From the NCBI RefSeq assembly GCF_000015025.1, contig NC_008578.1, positions 840,001 through 872,000 of the forward strand: DNA of 32,000 bases, written 5' to 3'. This stretch comes from Acidothermus cellulolyticus 11B. GTDB taxonomy: Bacteria > Actinomycetota > Actinomycetes > Acidothermales > Acidothermaceae. Position 1 is the first letter of the stretch. Every line of letters starts with the position of its first letter. The translations under genes were made by a program, and so were the position numbers. Positions 8,111 through 17,618 of the stretch are shown here, in pieces. The notes under the pieces are model-generated. The model was not told where the DNA came from, made no database searches, and saw only the letters and a program-made list of their open reading frames with translations.

Positions 8111-8150
8111 GGTCTCTCCTCCGGAACGTCGTCTCGACGCCAACGACGCC

Positions 8151-8179
8151 AACGTACTGCCGACATGATGTTATTGCAA
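8151..8179 (-). promoter_or_regulatory. predicted promoter of the NiCoT gene (-35 TTGCAA, 17-bp spacer, -10 TACGTT on the minus strand)
   Basis: The minus strand reads TTGCAA-taacatcatgtcggcag-TACGTT. This is an AT-rich patch in an otherwise GC-rich spacer, about 40 nt upstream of the GTG start. Confidence 0.35.
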
Positions 8180-8190
8180 CTCTTTTGCAA
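8174..8190. promoter_or_regulatory. TTGCAA-N5-TTGCAA operator-like site (Nur-box-like, nickel-responsive Fur-family)
   Basis: TTGCAA at 8174-8179, CTCTT, then TTGCAA at 8185-8190. Each hexamer is self-complementary. The site matches the Nur operator form as I recall it (tTGCaa-N5-ttGCAA), overlaps the predicted -35 and sits upstream of a nickel permease. Confidence 0.5.
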
Positions 8191-8298
8191 GAAGCTCCGG
8201 GGGGCTCGGCGTACAGAAGCTCCGGGGGGCTCGGCGCGCAGAAGCTCCGGGGGCTTGGTGTGCAGCTCCCGGGGGGCTCGGTGTGATGGAGCTCCGCC
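8191..8298. repeat. tandem repeat, ~25-bp unit GAAGCTCCGGGGGGCTCGGCG(T/C)(A/G)CA, about 4.3 copies
   Basis: Copies at 8191-8215, 8216-8240, 8241-8264 and 8265-8288, with a partial copy from 8289. The first two differ at 2 positions and later ones are more diverged. The array lies between the fbiC stop and the NiCoT promoter. Confidence 0.9.
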
Positions 8299-8385
8299 GC
8301 ACCGTACCGGCTGGCCTGCCGTCGGACTCGTCCGCCGCGGCACCCGGCCGACCTGCCGTCGGACCGGCTCGACGTCCGGCCGGCC

Positions 8386-11040
8386 TTACGACCGGGAGAG
8401 CGGGGCGAGGGGTTGCGGGCCGGCTGCGAAGGAGCGGACCCGGCGAGCCGCCTCGATCCGCTCCGCCGGCGGTTCGCCGTACAGCGTGGTGCGTTGGCGC
8501 GCCGGCCGACCCGCAGCGGCGGCGATCGCCTCGAGTTCGTGGACGGTCTTGGCTGATCCGTACGTTGACCCCGCCATCCGGCTGATCGTTTCTTCCATCA
8601 GGGTGCCGCCGAGGTCGTTGGCGCCGCCGCGCAGCATCGTCACGCATCCGTCGACGCCCAGCTTGACCCATGAGCACTGGATATTCCGCACCCGGCCGTG
8701 GAGGAGAATCCGCGCCATCGCGTGCACCGCGCGATTCTCCCGCATCGTCGGACCTGGCCGTGCGAGGCCCGCAAGGTAGAGCGGCGCCGCGGTATGGACG
8801 AACGGCAGTGCGACGAACTCGGTGAATCCACCGGTCTCCTGTTGAATGCGACCGAGGAGTTTCAGGTGCGCGACCCAGTGCGCCGGCGTGTCGACATGGC
8901 CGTACATCATGGTGGCGGTCGTGGGCAGCCCGATCTCGTGTGCGGTGCGAATCACCTCGACCCACGTGGCGGCCGGGAGTTTTCCTTTGGTGAGCACCCA
9001 GCGGACCTCGTCGTCCAGAATTTCCGCCGCGGTGCCGGGGAGGGAATCGACGCCGGCTTCTTTCGCTGCCATCAGCCAGTCGCGGATCGACATCCCCGAT
9101 CGGGCGGCGCCGTTGACCACTTCCATCGGGCTGAACGCATGCAGGTGAATATGCGGCGCCCGGCGTTTCACTTCGCGTGCGAGCTCGAAGTACGCCGTGC
9201 CGGGCAGGTCGGGGTGGATGCCGCCTTGCATGCAGATTTCCGTCGCGCCGGCGGCCCATGCCTCCTCGACGCGGCGGCCGACGTCGTCGAGCGAGAGTGT
9301 GTACGCGTCGGGATCGTTGCGCCGCTGGGCGAAAGCGCAGAACCGGCAGCCGGTGTAGCACACATTGGTGAAATTGATGTTTCGGGTCGCGACATAGGTG
9401 ACGGCGTCACCGACGGCGTCGCGGCGCAGCTCGTCCGCGAAGCGGCAGACCGCCTCCAATTCCGGCCCGTCGGCGGTCATGAGAGCCAGCGCGTCCGCGT
9501 CGGATAGTTCCGCCGGATTCTTCTCGGCGTGACGCAAAGCCGTGAGGACGGCGCGGGCCAGGCGATGCGGCGCGCCGGTTTTCGCGTGCCGCTCGCGTTG
9601 GGCGCGCAATCGATGCCCGACCTCGGTCCAATCGCCGAACGCGGCGTCGATGTCGGAACGGTGCACGCTGCGCCGTCCTTCTGTATCAATCGTTGACGCG
9701 AGATCGATCCGCCCGGTGGATTCCTTCCACCCGCCGTCGGGCTCCTGCCAGGGACGCCCGGCCGGCCGCGCCCGTGGATCGGCAAGACCCGTCCCGGGGT
9801 CGGCGAGCGCGGAAATGTGTCCGGCCAGGCGGGGATCCACCCAGGGCTCACCGGCACGCACGTACTCCGGATAGACCGCAAGCCGCTCCATGAGGCGAAA
9901 TCCTGCCTCCGCGGTACGCCGGCCGAGCTCCTCGATCTGCGGCCACGGGCGTTCCGGATTGACGTGGTCGATGGTCACCGGGGACACCCCGCCCCAGTCG
10001 TCGATCCCGGCGGCGAGCATGAGGGCGAACTGGTGGTCAACGAGATTCGGCGGGGCTTGCACGTGGACGGCCGGGCCGAGGATGAGCCGGGCGACCGCAA
10101 TGGTGGCTGCGAGGTCCGTGAGGTCGGCGTCCGGGACATCGCGCATCGGCGTATCCGGTTTGGCGCGGAAATTCTGCACGATGACCTCTTGAATCCCGCG
10201 GTACTCCCGAGCGATGCGGCGGATGGCGAAAATCGACGCAACGCGTTCGTCGAGGGTTTCCCCGATTCCGATGAGAATTCCCGTGGTGAAGGGGACGGTG
10301 AGCCGCCCGGCGTCCTCGAGCACCCGCAACCGTGTCGCGGGATTCTTGTCCGGGCTGCCGAAATGCGGCGCCCCCGGCGTGGCCCACAAGCGCTCGGAGA
10401 CGGTTTCGAGCATCATGCCCATGCTCGGGGCCACCGGTTTGAGCCGCGCAATTTCCGCCCAGCTCAGCACGCCGGGATTGAGGTGGGGGAGCAGGCCGGT
10501 CTCCTCCAGGACGGCGATGGCGCAGGCCCGGAGGTAGTCGACCGTTGACGCGTACCCGCGGACGGCCAGCCATTCGCGGGCTGCGCGCCACCGGGTTTCG
10601 GGCCGGTCGCCGAGCGTGAACAGCGCCTCCTTGCACCCCGCCGCCGCGCCGGCTCGCGCGATGGCGACAACCTCGTCGAGGCTGAGGTACGGCGCGTCGA
10701 CCCGCCGCGGCGTGGTCGCGAAGGTGCAGTAATGGCAGCGATCGCGACACAGGCGGGTCAGGGGAATGAACACTTTCCGGGAGTAGGTGATGACGCCCGG
10801 ACGTCCCGCTGCGACGAGCATCGCGTCGCGGGTCTGTGCCGCACAGGCGAGCAGTTCCTGGAATTCATCGCCCCGGGCGTACAGCAGCGATACCGCTTCG
10901 GTCGGATTGAGGGTGACACCGTCTCGGGCCCGGCGCAGCGCCCGTCTGATCGCCGTGCGACTGGCGCGCGGGTCCGCAACGGCAGCGTCGCGATCGAGCG
11001 GCGTTCCGTGCGGCGCGCCTGCTCCTGCGGCTTCGGTCAT
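8386..11040 (-). CDS. fbiC: bifunctional FO synthase (CofG+CofH fusion), coenzyme F420 biosynthesis
   Basis: About 884 aa with two radical-SAM CxxxCxxC motifs (CRDRCHYC in the N-terminal half, CYTGCRFC in the C-terminal half). This size and architecture are typical of actinobacterial FbiC. The start is placed at ATG 11040 after GGGAGGGCGGAG; the track ORF extends to 11082. Confidence 0.9.
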   Translation of the reverse strand: MTEAAGAGAPHGTPLDRDAAVADPRASRTAIRRALRRARDGVTLNPTEAVSLLYARGDEFQELLACAAQTRDAMLVAAGRPGVITYSRKVFIPLTRLCRDRCHYCTFATTPRRVDAPYLSLDEVVAIARAGAAAGCKEALFTLGDRPETRWRAAREWLAVRGYASTVDYLRACAIAVLEETGLLPHLNPGVLSWAEIARLKPVAPSMGMMLETVSERLWATPGAPHFGSPDKNPATRLRVLEDAGRLTVPFTTGILIGIGETLDERVASIFAIRRIAREYRGIQEVIVQNFRAKPDTPMRDVPDADLTDLAATIAVARLILGPAVHVQAPPNLVDHQFALMLAAGIDDWGGVSPVTIDHVNPERPWPQIEELGRRTAEAGFRLMERLAVYPEYVRAGEPWVDPRLAGHISALADPGTGLADPRARPAGRPWQEPDGGWKESTGRIDLASTIDTEGRRSVHRSDIDAAFGDWTEVGHRLRAQRERHAKTGAPHRLARAVLTALRHAEKNPAELSDADALALMTADGPELEAVCRFADELRRDAVGDAVTYVATRNINFTNVCYTGCRFCAFAQRRNDPDAYTLSLDDVGRRVEEAWAAGATEICMQGGIHPDLPGTAYFELAREVKRRAPHIHLHAFSPMEVVNGAARSGMSIRDWLMAAKEAGVDSLPGTAAEILDDEVRWVLTKGKLPAATWVEVIRTAHEIGLPTTATMMYGHVDTPAHWVAHLKLLGRIQQETGGFTEFVALPFVHTAAPLYLAGLARPGPTMRENRAVHAMARILLHGRVRNIQCSWVKLGVDGCVTMLRGGANDLGGTLMEETISRMAGSTYGSAKTVHELEAIAAAAGRPARQRTTLYGEPPAERIEAARRVRSFAAGPQPLAPLSRS

Positions 11041-11130
11041 ACGCTCCGCCCTCCCGTCGTTCGACAACGACCGGTCCTGCATGCGACCCGGGCGGATGGG
11101 TCGGAGTGAACCGCTGTCACCTTACGCGAC

Positions 11131-11275
11131 GCGACACGGGCGGTGCGACACGGGCGGCGCCCCGCCGCGCCGATGGCCGGTTGCCGGGCCCCGCCGCGCC
11201 GATGGCCGGTTGCCGGGCGGACCGAAAAGCTGCCGGGCGGACCGCTGTGCCGGTTGCCAGGCGGACCGAAAAGCT
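11131..11275. repeat. composite tandem-repeat block in the fbiC / leuS divergent spacer
   Basis: GCGACACGGGCGG x2 at 11131-11143 and 11145-11157. A perfect 29-bp unit CCCCGCCGCGCCGATGGCCGGTTGCCGGG x2 at 11160-11188 and 11189-11217. CGGACCGAAAAGCT x2 at 11218-11231 and 11262-11275. Confidence 0.9.
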
Positions 11276-11326
11276 CAGCAGCGAAGCGCGCCTGCCGAAC
11301 GGAGACGACGTACACGGAGGTTCGTC

Positions 11327-11563
11327 TTGCTCATGGATGGCCGTCGCGATCCGTCGCGCCCGACGCCGCGGCTCGCCGACGCCGCGCCCGACCCGTCGAT
11401 CGATCCCACCCTTGCCGGCGGGGCGGATGCCGCAGCGGAACGGCCGGACGATGAGTGGGCGGGCCTCCTCGCTCCTCGATCACCGCGGCGGCTGCTCCGG
11501 CAAATCCTGGTCGACCTCGCGCTCGTCGCCGTCACCCTGGTATTGATCGTCCTCCTCGGGTGA
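11327..11563 (+). CDS. hypothetical 78-aa tail-anchored small membrane protein
   Basis: TTG 11327 lies 6 nt after GGAGG (11316-11320), with an in-frame ATG at 11333. GC3 is high, like genuine genes here. The C-terminal TM segment is [19 protein letters not shown] and the N-terminus is acidic and Pro-rich. It is the 3' part of track ORF 10787-11563. Confidence 0.4.
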   Translation: MLMDGRRDPSRPTPRLADAAPDPSIDPTLAGGADAAAERPDDEWAGLLAPRSPRRLLRQILVDLALVAVTLVLIVLLG

Positions 11564-11651
11564 GCCGCGCCTGCCGGTCGCCGCCGGTCCGGACAGGTGC
11601 TGCGCTCTTGCTGTGGCGGGGCTGGGATCTCCCCTCGGTAGACTCACCGCT

Positions 11652-14111
11652 GTGACCAGCGAGATCTACGACTTCGCGGCCATCCAGGCGCGTTGGCTGC
11701 CGGTGTGGACGGAGCTCGACCCGTTCCGGGCGTCCGATGACCCCTCGGACCCGAGGGAACGGCGCTACATGCTGGACATGTTTCCGTATCCCAGCGGGGA
11801 CCTCCACATGGGTCACGCCGAGGCCTTCGCCATCGGCGACGTCGTCGCCCGGTACTGGTTCCAGCGCGGGTACAACGTGCTGCACCCGATCGGCTGGGAT
11901 GCTTTCGGCCTGCCTGCGGAAAATGCGGCGATTCAACGGAATTTGCATCCCGCCGATTGGACGTACCGCAACATCGAAACGCAGGCCGCCTCCTTCCGGA
12001 ATTACGCGATTTCCTTTGACTGGTCCCGGCGGCTGCACACCTGCGACCCGGAGTATTACAAGTGGACGCAGTGGCTCTTCCTGCGGCTCTTCGAACGGGG
12101 GTTGGCGTATCGCAAGGCGTCACCGGTGAATTGGTGCCCCAACGACCAGACGGTGCTCGCCAACGAACAGGTGGTCGGCGGGACCTGCGAGCGCTGCGGC
12201 GCCCAGGTGACGAAGAAGACCCTGACGCAGTGGTACTTCCGCATCACCGAGTATGCGCAGCGGCTGCTCGATGACATGGCGCTGCTGGAAGGCCGGTGGC
12301 CCGAGCGGGTGCTGACCATGCAACGCAACTGGATCGGCCGCTCCGAGGGTGCCTACGTTGACTTCACCATCGAAGGGCGCGCCGAGCCTGTCACGGTTTT
12401 CACCACCCGACCCGACACGCTGTACGGCGCGACGTTCTTCGTCATCGCCGCGGATTCACCGTTGGCCGCAGAAATTTGTGCTCCGGAGCAGCGTGCCGCA
12501 TTCGAGGCGTACGTCGACCAGGTGCGGCGCCTCTCCGACATCGACCGCCTCTCCACCGAGCGGCAGAAGACCGGCGTCTTCCTCGGCCGGTACGCGGTCA
12601 ATCCGGTCAACGGCGAACGGATTCCCGTGTGGGCCGCCGATTACGTGCTGGCTGATTACGGGACCGGCGCCATTATGGCCGTCCCGGCGCATGATCAACG
12701 CGACCTCGACTTCGCCCTGACGTACGGGCTGCCGGTCCGGGTCGTCGTCGACACCGGGGAAGGCGACCCGGCGGTCACCGGCGTTGCGACCGAAGGGGAC
12801 GGCGTCCACATCAATTCCGGCCTCATCGACGGCACGGACAAGGCCGAAGGAATTGCCCGCATTACGCGGTATCTGGAGGACATCGGCAAAGGGCGGGCCG
12901 GTGTCACCTACCGGCTGCGGGACTGGCTGGTGTCCCGCCAGCGGTTCTGGGGGGCGCCGATTCCCATCGTCCACTGTCCGGGGTGCGGAGAGGTCGCCGT
13001 CCCGGATCAGGACCTGCCCGTTCTGCTTCCCGACCTGCGCGGCGCCGACCTTGCACCGAAAGGAATTTCTCCCCTTGCGGGCGCGGCCGATTGGGTGCAG
13101 ACGACCTGCCCGCGGTGTGGCGGTTCCGCCCAGCGGGACACCGACACGATGGACACTTTCGTCGATTCGTCCTGGTACTACCTGCGGTACTGCTCGCCGC
13201 ACGATCCGTCACAACCGTTCGACGTGGCGAAAGTGCGGCAATGGCTGCCGGTGCACCAGTACGTCGGCGGGGTGGAACACGCCATTCTGCATCTGCTCTA
13301 CAGCCGGTTCATTACGAAAGTGCTCCACGACATGGGTCTGGTTGATTTCGTGGAGCCGTTCTCCGCGCTGCTCAACCAGGGTCAGGTCATCAACCAGGGC
13401 AAGGCGATGAGCAAGTCGCTCGGCAATGGCGTGGATCTGGGGGAGCAGCTGGCCACCTACGGTGTGGATGCCGTCCGGCTCACCATGGTCTTCGCCGGAC
13501 CGCCGGAGGAGGATATCGACTGGGCGGACATGAATCCCGGTGCACTGGGGAAATTCCTCGCCCGGGTGTGGCGGATTGCCGGCGAGGTGACCTCCCCGGT
13601 CGGTGCGCCGCCGAAGGACGGTGACCCGGCGCTCCGGCGGGTCACCCACCGGACGATCCGCGAGGTCACCGAGTTGGTGGAGAGTTTCCGGTTCAACGTG
13701 GCCGTCGCCCGCGTGATGGAGTTGGCGAACGCCTTGCGCAAGGCGATTGACACCGGCCCTGGCCCGGCGGATCCGGCCGTCCGGGAAGGGGCCGAAGCGC
13801 TGGCCGTCATGCTCTCGCTCTTCGCGCCGTACACAGCCGAGGAATGCTGGGCACGGCTCGGGCATCAGCCGACGGTGGCAAAAGCCGGCTGGCCGACGCC
13901 GGATCCGGAACTCCTTGCGCAGGAGGAAGTCACCTGCGTCGTGCAGGTCAACGGCAAGGTCCGGGAACGCCTGCGGGTGTCGCCGTCCATCTCCGAAGAG
14001 GAGCTTCGTGCCGCTGCATTGGCCGCCCCAGCGGTGGAGAAGGCGATCGACGGGCGTCCGGTGCAACGGATTATTGTCCGCGCACCCAAACTCGTCAACG
14101 TCGTAGTGTGA
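11652..14111 (+). CDS. leuS: leucine--tRNA ligase
   Basis: Class I motifs HMGH ([13 protein letters not shown]) and KMSKS ([11 protein letters not shown]) are present. The start is placed at GTG 11652, 7 nt after a TAGACT -10-like hexamer (11639-11644), suggesting a leaderless mRNA. GTG 11613 is the alternative. Confidence 0.93.
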   Translation: MTSEIYDFAAIQARWLPVWTELDPFRASDDPSDPRERRYMLDMFPYPSGDLHMGHAEAFAIGDVVARYWFQRGYNVLHPIGWDAFGLPAENAAIQRNLHPADWTYRNIETQAASFRNYAISFDWSRRLHTCDPEYYKWTQWLFLRLFERGLAYRKASPVNWCPNDQTVLANEQVVGGTCERCGAQVTKKTLTQWYFRITEYAQRLLDDMALLEGRWPERVLTMQRNWIGRSEGAYVDFTIEGRAEPVTVFTTRPDTLYGATFFVIAADSPLAAEICAPEQRAAFEAYVDQVRRLSDIDRLSTERQKTGVFLGRYAVNPVNGERIPVWAADYVLADYGTGAIMAVPAHDQRDLDFALTYGLPVRVVVDTGEGDPAVTGVATEGDGVHINSGLIDGTDKAEGIARITRYLEDIGKGRAGVTYRLRDWLVSRQRFWGAPIPIVHCPGCGEVAVPDQDLPVLLPDLRGADLAPKGISPLAGAADWVQTTCPRCGGSAQRDTDTMDTFVDSSWYYLRYCSPHDPSQPFDVAKVRQWLPVHQYVGGVEHAILHLLYSRFITKVLHDMGLVDFVEPFSALLNQGQVINQGKAMSKSLGNGVDLGEQLATYGVDAVRLTMVFAGPPEEDIDWADMNPGALGKFLARVWRIAGEVTSPVGAPPKDGDPALRRVTHRTIREVTELVESFRFNVAVARVMELANALRKAIDTGPGPADPAVREGAEALAVMLSLFAPYTAEECWARLGHQPTVAKAGWPTPDPELLAQEEVTCVVQVNGKVRERLRVSPSISEEELRAAALAAPAVEKAIDGRPVQRIIVRAPKLVNVVV

Positions 14112-14959
14112 CCGTTGCGGTCGTCACCGACTCCACCGCGTACTTTCCCAGTGATGCGGTGGTCGATGGCATTGCGGTCATTCCGCTGACGGTTCTTGCC
14201 GACGGCGTCGCGTTCCGGGAACCTGAGGAGATGCCGCCGTCGAAGGCGGTGGAGTTGCTGCGCCGCGGTGTTCGACTCACCACATCCCGACCATCCCCCG
14301 CCGTTTTCGCCCGAACCTACGAGAAATTGCTGAGCGGAGGGGCGGACGGAATTGTGTCCGTGCACCTGTCGGGGCGCCTCTCCGGTACCGTCGAGGCTGC
14401 ACACATCGCAGCACGGCATATCGGCGGCGACATCCGGGTCGTCGATTCGGAGTCCGTCGGAATGGGCATGGGATTCGCCGTCCTGGCCGGCCAGGCAGCC
14501 GCCCGCTCCGGTGCGGATCTCGACCGGGTGCATCAGGTCGTCGAGCGCGTCCTGCGAGCGACGCGCCTGTATTGTTACGTTGACACGCTGGAATTCCTAC
14601 GCCGCGGCGGCCGCCTCGGAACCGTCCCGGCGCTTGTCGGTACGGCGCTGGCGGTGAAACCCATTCTGGCCGTCGAGGACGGCCGGCTCGTTCCGATCGA
14701 ACGCGTTCGTACCGCAGCGCGCGGCCTGACCCGACTCGCCGATATCGCGGCCGAGTACACCGACGGTTTCCCCGTCTCCGTAACGGTCCATCACCTCGAC
14801 GCCGCTTTTCGCGCGGATCGTTTGGCGGCTGACCTCGACGCCCGATTGCCGCACCTGCGCGAGCTTTACGTCGCGGAGATCGGAGCGGTCGTCGGGGCGC
14901 ATACCGGGCCCGGAACTGTGGCGGTTGCGGTCCAACGATTGACGGACGGCGAACGCTAG
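14108..14959 (+). CDS. DegV family fatty-acid-binding protein
   Basis: GTG 14108 overlaps the leuS stop (GTGA). The N-terminus [12 protein letters not shown] is typical of DegV and the length is 283 aa. The track ORF from 13844 lies inside leuS. Confidence 0.85.
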   Translation: MTVAVVTDSTAYFPSDAVVDGIAVIPLTVLADGVAFREPEEMPPSKAVELLRRGVRLTTSRPSPAVFARTYEKLLSGGADGIVSVHLSGRLSGTVEAAHIAARHIGGDIRVVDSESVGMGMGFAVLAGQAAARSGADLDRVHQVVERVLRATRLYCYVDTLEFLRRGGRLGTVPALVGTALAVKPILAVEDGRLVPIERVRTAARGLTRLADIAAEYTDGFPVSVTVHHLDAAFRADRLAADLDARLPHLRELYVAEIGAVVGAHTGPGTVAVAVQRLTDGER

Positions 14960-14970
14960 CGACGCACCAT

Positions 14971-15108
14971 CCGGGCACGCGAGACGCGCCCGGGGCTGAC
15001 GCGCCGTCCGGGCACGCGAGGCGCGCGCAGGGGGTGACGCTTCCCGATCTGCGAGTCGCTGACAGCTGGGCACGCACGCGAGACGCGCCCGGGGATGACG
15101 CGCCGTCC
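14971..15108. repeat. three imperfect copies of a ~37-40-bp GC-rich element (CCGGGCACGCGAGACGCGCCCGGGGCTGACGCGCCGT)
   Basis: Copy A is at 14971-15007 and adjacent copy B (diverged) at 15008-15046. Copy C at 15066-15106 carries a 4-nt insertion. Each contains the imperfect palindrome GGGCACGCG-AGA-CGCGCCC. The element lies between degV and comEA. Confidence 0.85.
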
Positions 15109-15184
15109 ACAAGGCCGCCGGTAACGTCCACAGGACCACAAATTCTCCTGCTGCGGGGTCATTGTCGGCCCGTACCGTTGCGGC

Positions 15185-15937
15185 ATGCGTGGAATTCTCG
15201 AGCACCTCGGCCGGTGGCGTTATGCAGATCCCGGCCGTCGCGGTCTCACTGTTCTCGTCGGACTCGCCGTTCTCGCAGCCGGCGGCGGTGCGTGGTATGT
15301 GACCGCGGTCGCACCATCCGCCGCGTCTCATCCGGTGACGCCGATCGTGGCGTTCCCCACCGAACCGCCGCCTCTCCCCGACGCCTCCTCGGAATCAGTC
15401 AGCCCAGTGGAGTCTGCTGCCGGCGAAGCGGCGGCCGGTGGTACGGCGTCCGCGGTTGCGTCCGCATCCCTGGTCGTTGATGTCGTCGGCCGAGTTGCTC
15501 ATCCGGGGTTGGTGACCCTGCCTCCCGGTGCACGAGTTTTCGACGCAGTGACAGCCGCCGGCGGCGTTCTGCCCGGGACCGACACGGTCGCACTGAATTT
15601 GGCAAGCCGCCTGGTGGACGGCGAGCAGGTGGTCGTCGGCATTCCGTTGCCGACGTCGGGTATCGGCGGCGTCCTTCCGGCCCGCGATGCCGGCGAACCA
15701 CCAAGCGAGGCGTCCCGTCCAACCGCCGGTCAGGCCGCCGAGCACGGCCTCATCAACCTCAACACGGCGACACAACAGGAGTTGGAAACATTGCCGGGCG
15801 TAGGGCCGGTGCTCGCCGGAAACATTGTCGCCTGGCGGAACCGGCACGGGCGCTTCAGCAGCGTGGCGCAACTGCAAGAGGTGCCCGGAATCGGGCCCGC
15901 GAAGTACGCCCAGCTGCGGACCAGGGTTCGCGTGTGA
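15185..15937 (+). CDS. comEA: ComEA-family DNA-binding protein (SLBB + helix-hairpin-helix)
   Basis: N-terminal TM segment, an SLBB-like region (VVDVVGRVAHPGLVTLPPGARVFDAV) and a C-terminal HhH (INLNTATQQELETLPGVGPVLAGNIVAWRNRHGRF). Confidence 0.85.
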   Translation: MRGILEHLGRWRYADPGRRGLTVLVGLAVLAAGGGAWYVTAVAPSAASHPVTPIVAFPTEPPPLPDASSESVSPVESAAGEAAAGGTASAVASASLVVDVVGRVAHPGLVTLPPGARVFDAVTAAGGVLPGTDTVALNLASRLVDGEQVVVGIPLPTSGIGGVLPARDAGEPPSEASRPTAGQAAEHGLINLNTATQQELETLPGVGPVLAGNIVAWRNRHGRFSSVAQLQEVPGIGPAKYAQLRTRVRV

Positions 15938-17613
15938 CCCGCAGCGTCGTGGACTCGTTTCCCGAGCTCGTCACCTCAGCGGCGTCAGCAGGGACGATAC
16001 AGGCTCTCCGGCTGGCGATACCCGCTGCGGCGGCGTGGGTCGCTGCGGCGTTCGCGGTCGGCTGGAGTGCGTCAACCGGGCTGCGCGCCGGCGTCGGGTC
16101 AGGAATTCTCGCGGTCGCGGCATGGGGGGCATTCGGGCGCTACGCGGGCCGCCACCGAGGTGGTCTCGACGCGCCACCGGTTGTCTGGCTTTCCGTCGTC
16201 CAGCGGATTGTTGTCGCCGCGCTGGTATGCGCTTCGGGTGCATTCTTCGCGGTCGCGTGGCGGGTCGCCGCGATTTCCAACAGTCCCGTGGCACGGCTTG
16301 CCGCGGTGCACCAGACGGCGTACGTGGATCTGCGCATCGACAGTGACCCGCAGCCCCTGGTGGGCCGAGACGGCAGAGTCCGCGCAGCGTTTGCCGCCAC
16401 CGTTCTCCGCGTTGACGACGAAGTGGGTCCGGGTGCCTTTCGGCTCCACGTACCGGTGTTCGTCGTGGCCCGGGATCCCGGGTGGTTCACCGTCCAGCCC
16501 AGTCAGCGGGTTCGGGCGACAGCGCACCTTTCGCCCGCGCGAGAACGCGCGTTGGAGGCGGCTGTTGCGGACGTTCGCGGTCCACCGACCATCCAATCGG
16601 GAGTGGTGTGGTGGCAGGCGCTGGCCGGGGCTGTACGCCGCGGCGTCCAGCGTGCGGCCCGGTCGCTTCCCGCCGGCCCGCGCGGCTTGCTCCCAGGCAT
16701 CGTGGACGGCGACACCACCCAGCTCGCGCCGGACGTCCAGGCGGATTTCGCCACGACCGGAATGACTCACCTGGTCGCGGTCAGCGGCACGAATCTCGCG
16801 ATCTTTCTTGGCGCGTGGTTGGGATTGCTTCGGCGCCTTACCTACCGTCGCCGGTGGCACCTGCTCTTCGGTGTGATGGGCATTCTTGCGTTCGTCGTGG
16901 TTGCGCGACCGCAACCCAGTGTGCTTCGTGCCGGCGCCATGGGATTGATTGCCCTGCTCGGTTCAACGATCGGCTCGCGGCTCTCCGCGCTTGCTGTGCT
17001 GTCTGCCGCGTCGCTGCTGCTCATTTACGCCAACCCGGCGTTAGCCCGCAGCTACGGTTTTGCGCTATCGGTCATTGCGACCGCGTCGCTGTTGGTCGGC
17101 GCGCCGCCGTTGAGCAGGTGGATGGGTCGACGCATTCCGGCGTGGCTGGCAGCGGCGACAGCCGTGCCGCTTGCTGCAGCTCTGGGTTGCGCACCTCTCA
17201 TTGTCTCCTTTACCGGGCGGGTCAGCGTTTTTACCGTTCCGGCGAACCTTCTCGCGGAAGCTGCGGTGGGACCGGCAACGATTCTCGGCATTCTCACCGG
17301 CGCAGTAGCCGTCGTCTGGCCGTGGGCGGGGAGCGTTGTCGCCCATCTCGCCGGTATTCCCTGCGCGTGGATTATCTGGGTCGCACACTTCTTCGCCCGG
17401 CTTCCCGGAGCGACCATGCGGTGGCCTTCGGGTTTCGGAGGCGCGCTGAGTCTTGCCGTCGTCGAGGCGAGCGCCGTTCTTGCGATAAGGGGATTGGCAG
17501 CACGGCGGCGTCGCAGGACGGGCAAGCCGCGGACGGGTCCGCTGGCTGATGCACGGTTCGCAACGCCGGCTCTCACCGGATCCATCGCTCGCGATTGGCC
17601 CGTGTCAGACTGA
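15934..17613 (+). CDS. comEC: ComEC/Rec2 family membrane channel protein (short form, no metallo-beta-lactamase domain)
   Basis: GTG 15934 overlaps the comEA stop (GTGA). The protein is polytopic with the core region GMTHLVAVSGTNLAI. It is 559 aa and no HxHxDH motif is seen at the C-terminus. Confidence 0.85.
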   Translation: MTRSVVDSFPELVTSAASAGTIQALRLAIPAAAAWVAAAFAVGWSASTGLRAGVGSGILAVAAWGAFGRYAGRHRGGLDAPPVVWLSVVQRIVVAALVCASGAFFAVAWRVAAISNSPVARLAAVHQTAYVDLRIDSDPQPLVGRDGRVRAAFAATVLRVDDEVGPGAFRLHVPVFVVARDPGWFTVQPSQRVRATAHLSPARERALEAAVADVRGPPTIQSGVVWWQALAGAVRRGVQRAARSLPAGPRGLLPGIVDGDTTQLAPDVQADFATTGMTHLVAVSGTNLAIFLGAWLGLLRRLTYRRRWHLLFGVMGILAFVVVARPQPSVLRAGAMGLIALLGSTIGSRLSALAVLSAASLLLIYANPALARSYGFALSVIATASLLVGAPPLSRWMGRRIPAWLAAATAVPLAAALGCAPLIVSFTGRVSVFTVPANLLAEAAVGPATILGILTGAVAVVWPWAGSVVAHLAGIPCAWIIWVAHFFARLPGATMRWPSGFGGALSLAVVEASAVLAIRGLAARRRRRTGKPRTGPLADARFATPALTGSIARDWPVSD

Positions 17614-17618
17614 CGGTT

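Noticed and set aside
8191-8298. Possible CRISPR arrays at the tandem-repeat loci (8191-8298, 19357-19444, 27923-28020).
   Set aside because: The repeats are directly adjacent with no unique spacers between them. Units are 24-36 bp with only 2-4 copies, and no cas genes are present. They are simple tandem duplications.
11564-11651. A T-box or other leader element upstream of leuS.
   Set aside because: The spacer is under 90 nt, far too short for a T-box. The -10 position suggests a leaderless transcript.
15934-17613. ComEC lacking the C-terminal metallo-beta-lactamase domain, considered as a possible truncation or pseudogene.
   Set aside because: The ORF is intact and is tightly coupled to comEA (GTGA overlap) and to holA. 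Short ComEC forms without the nuclease domain occur in other actinobacteria, mycobacteria for example. I see no evidence of decay.
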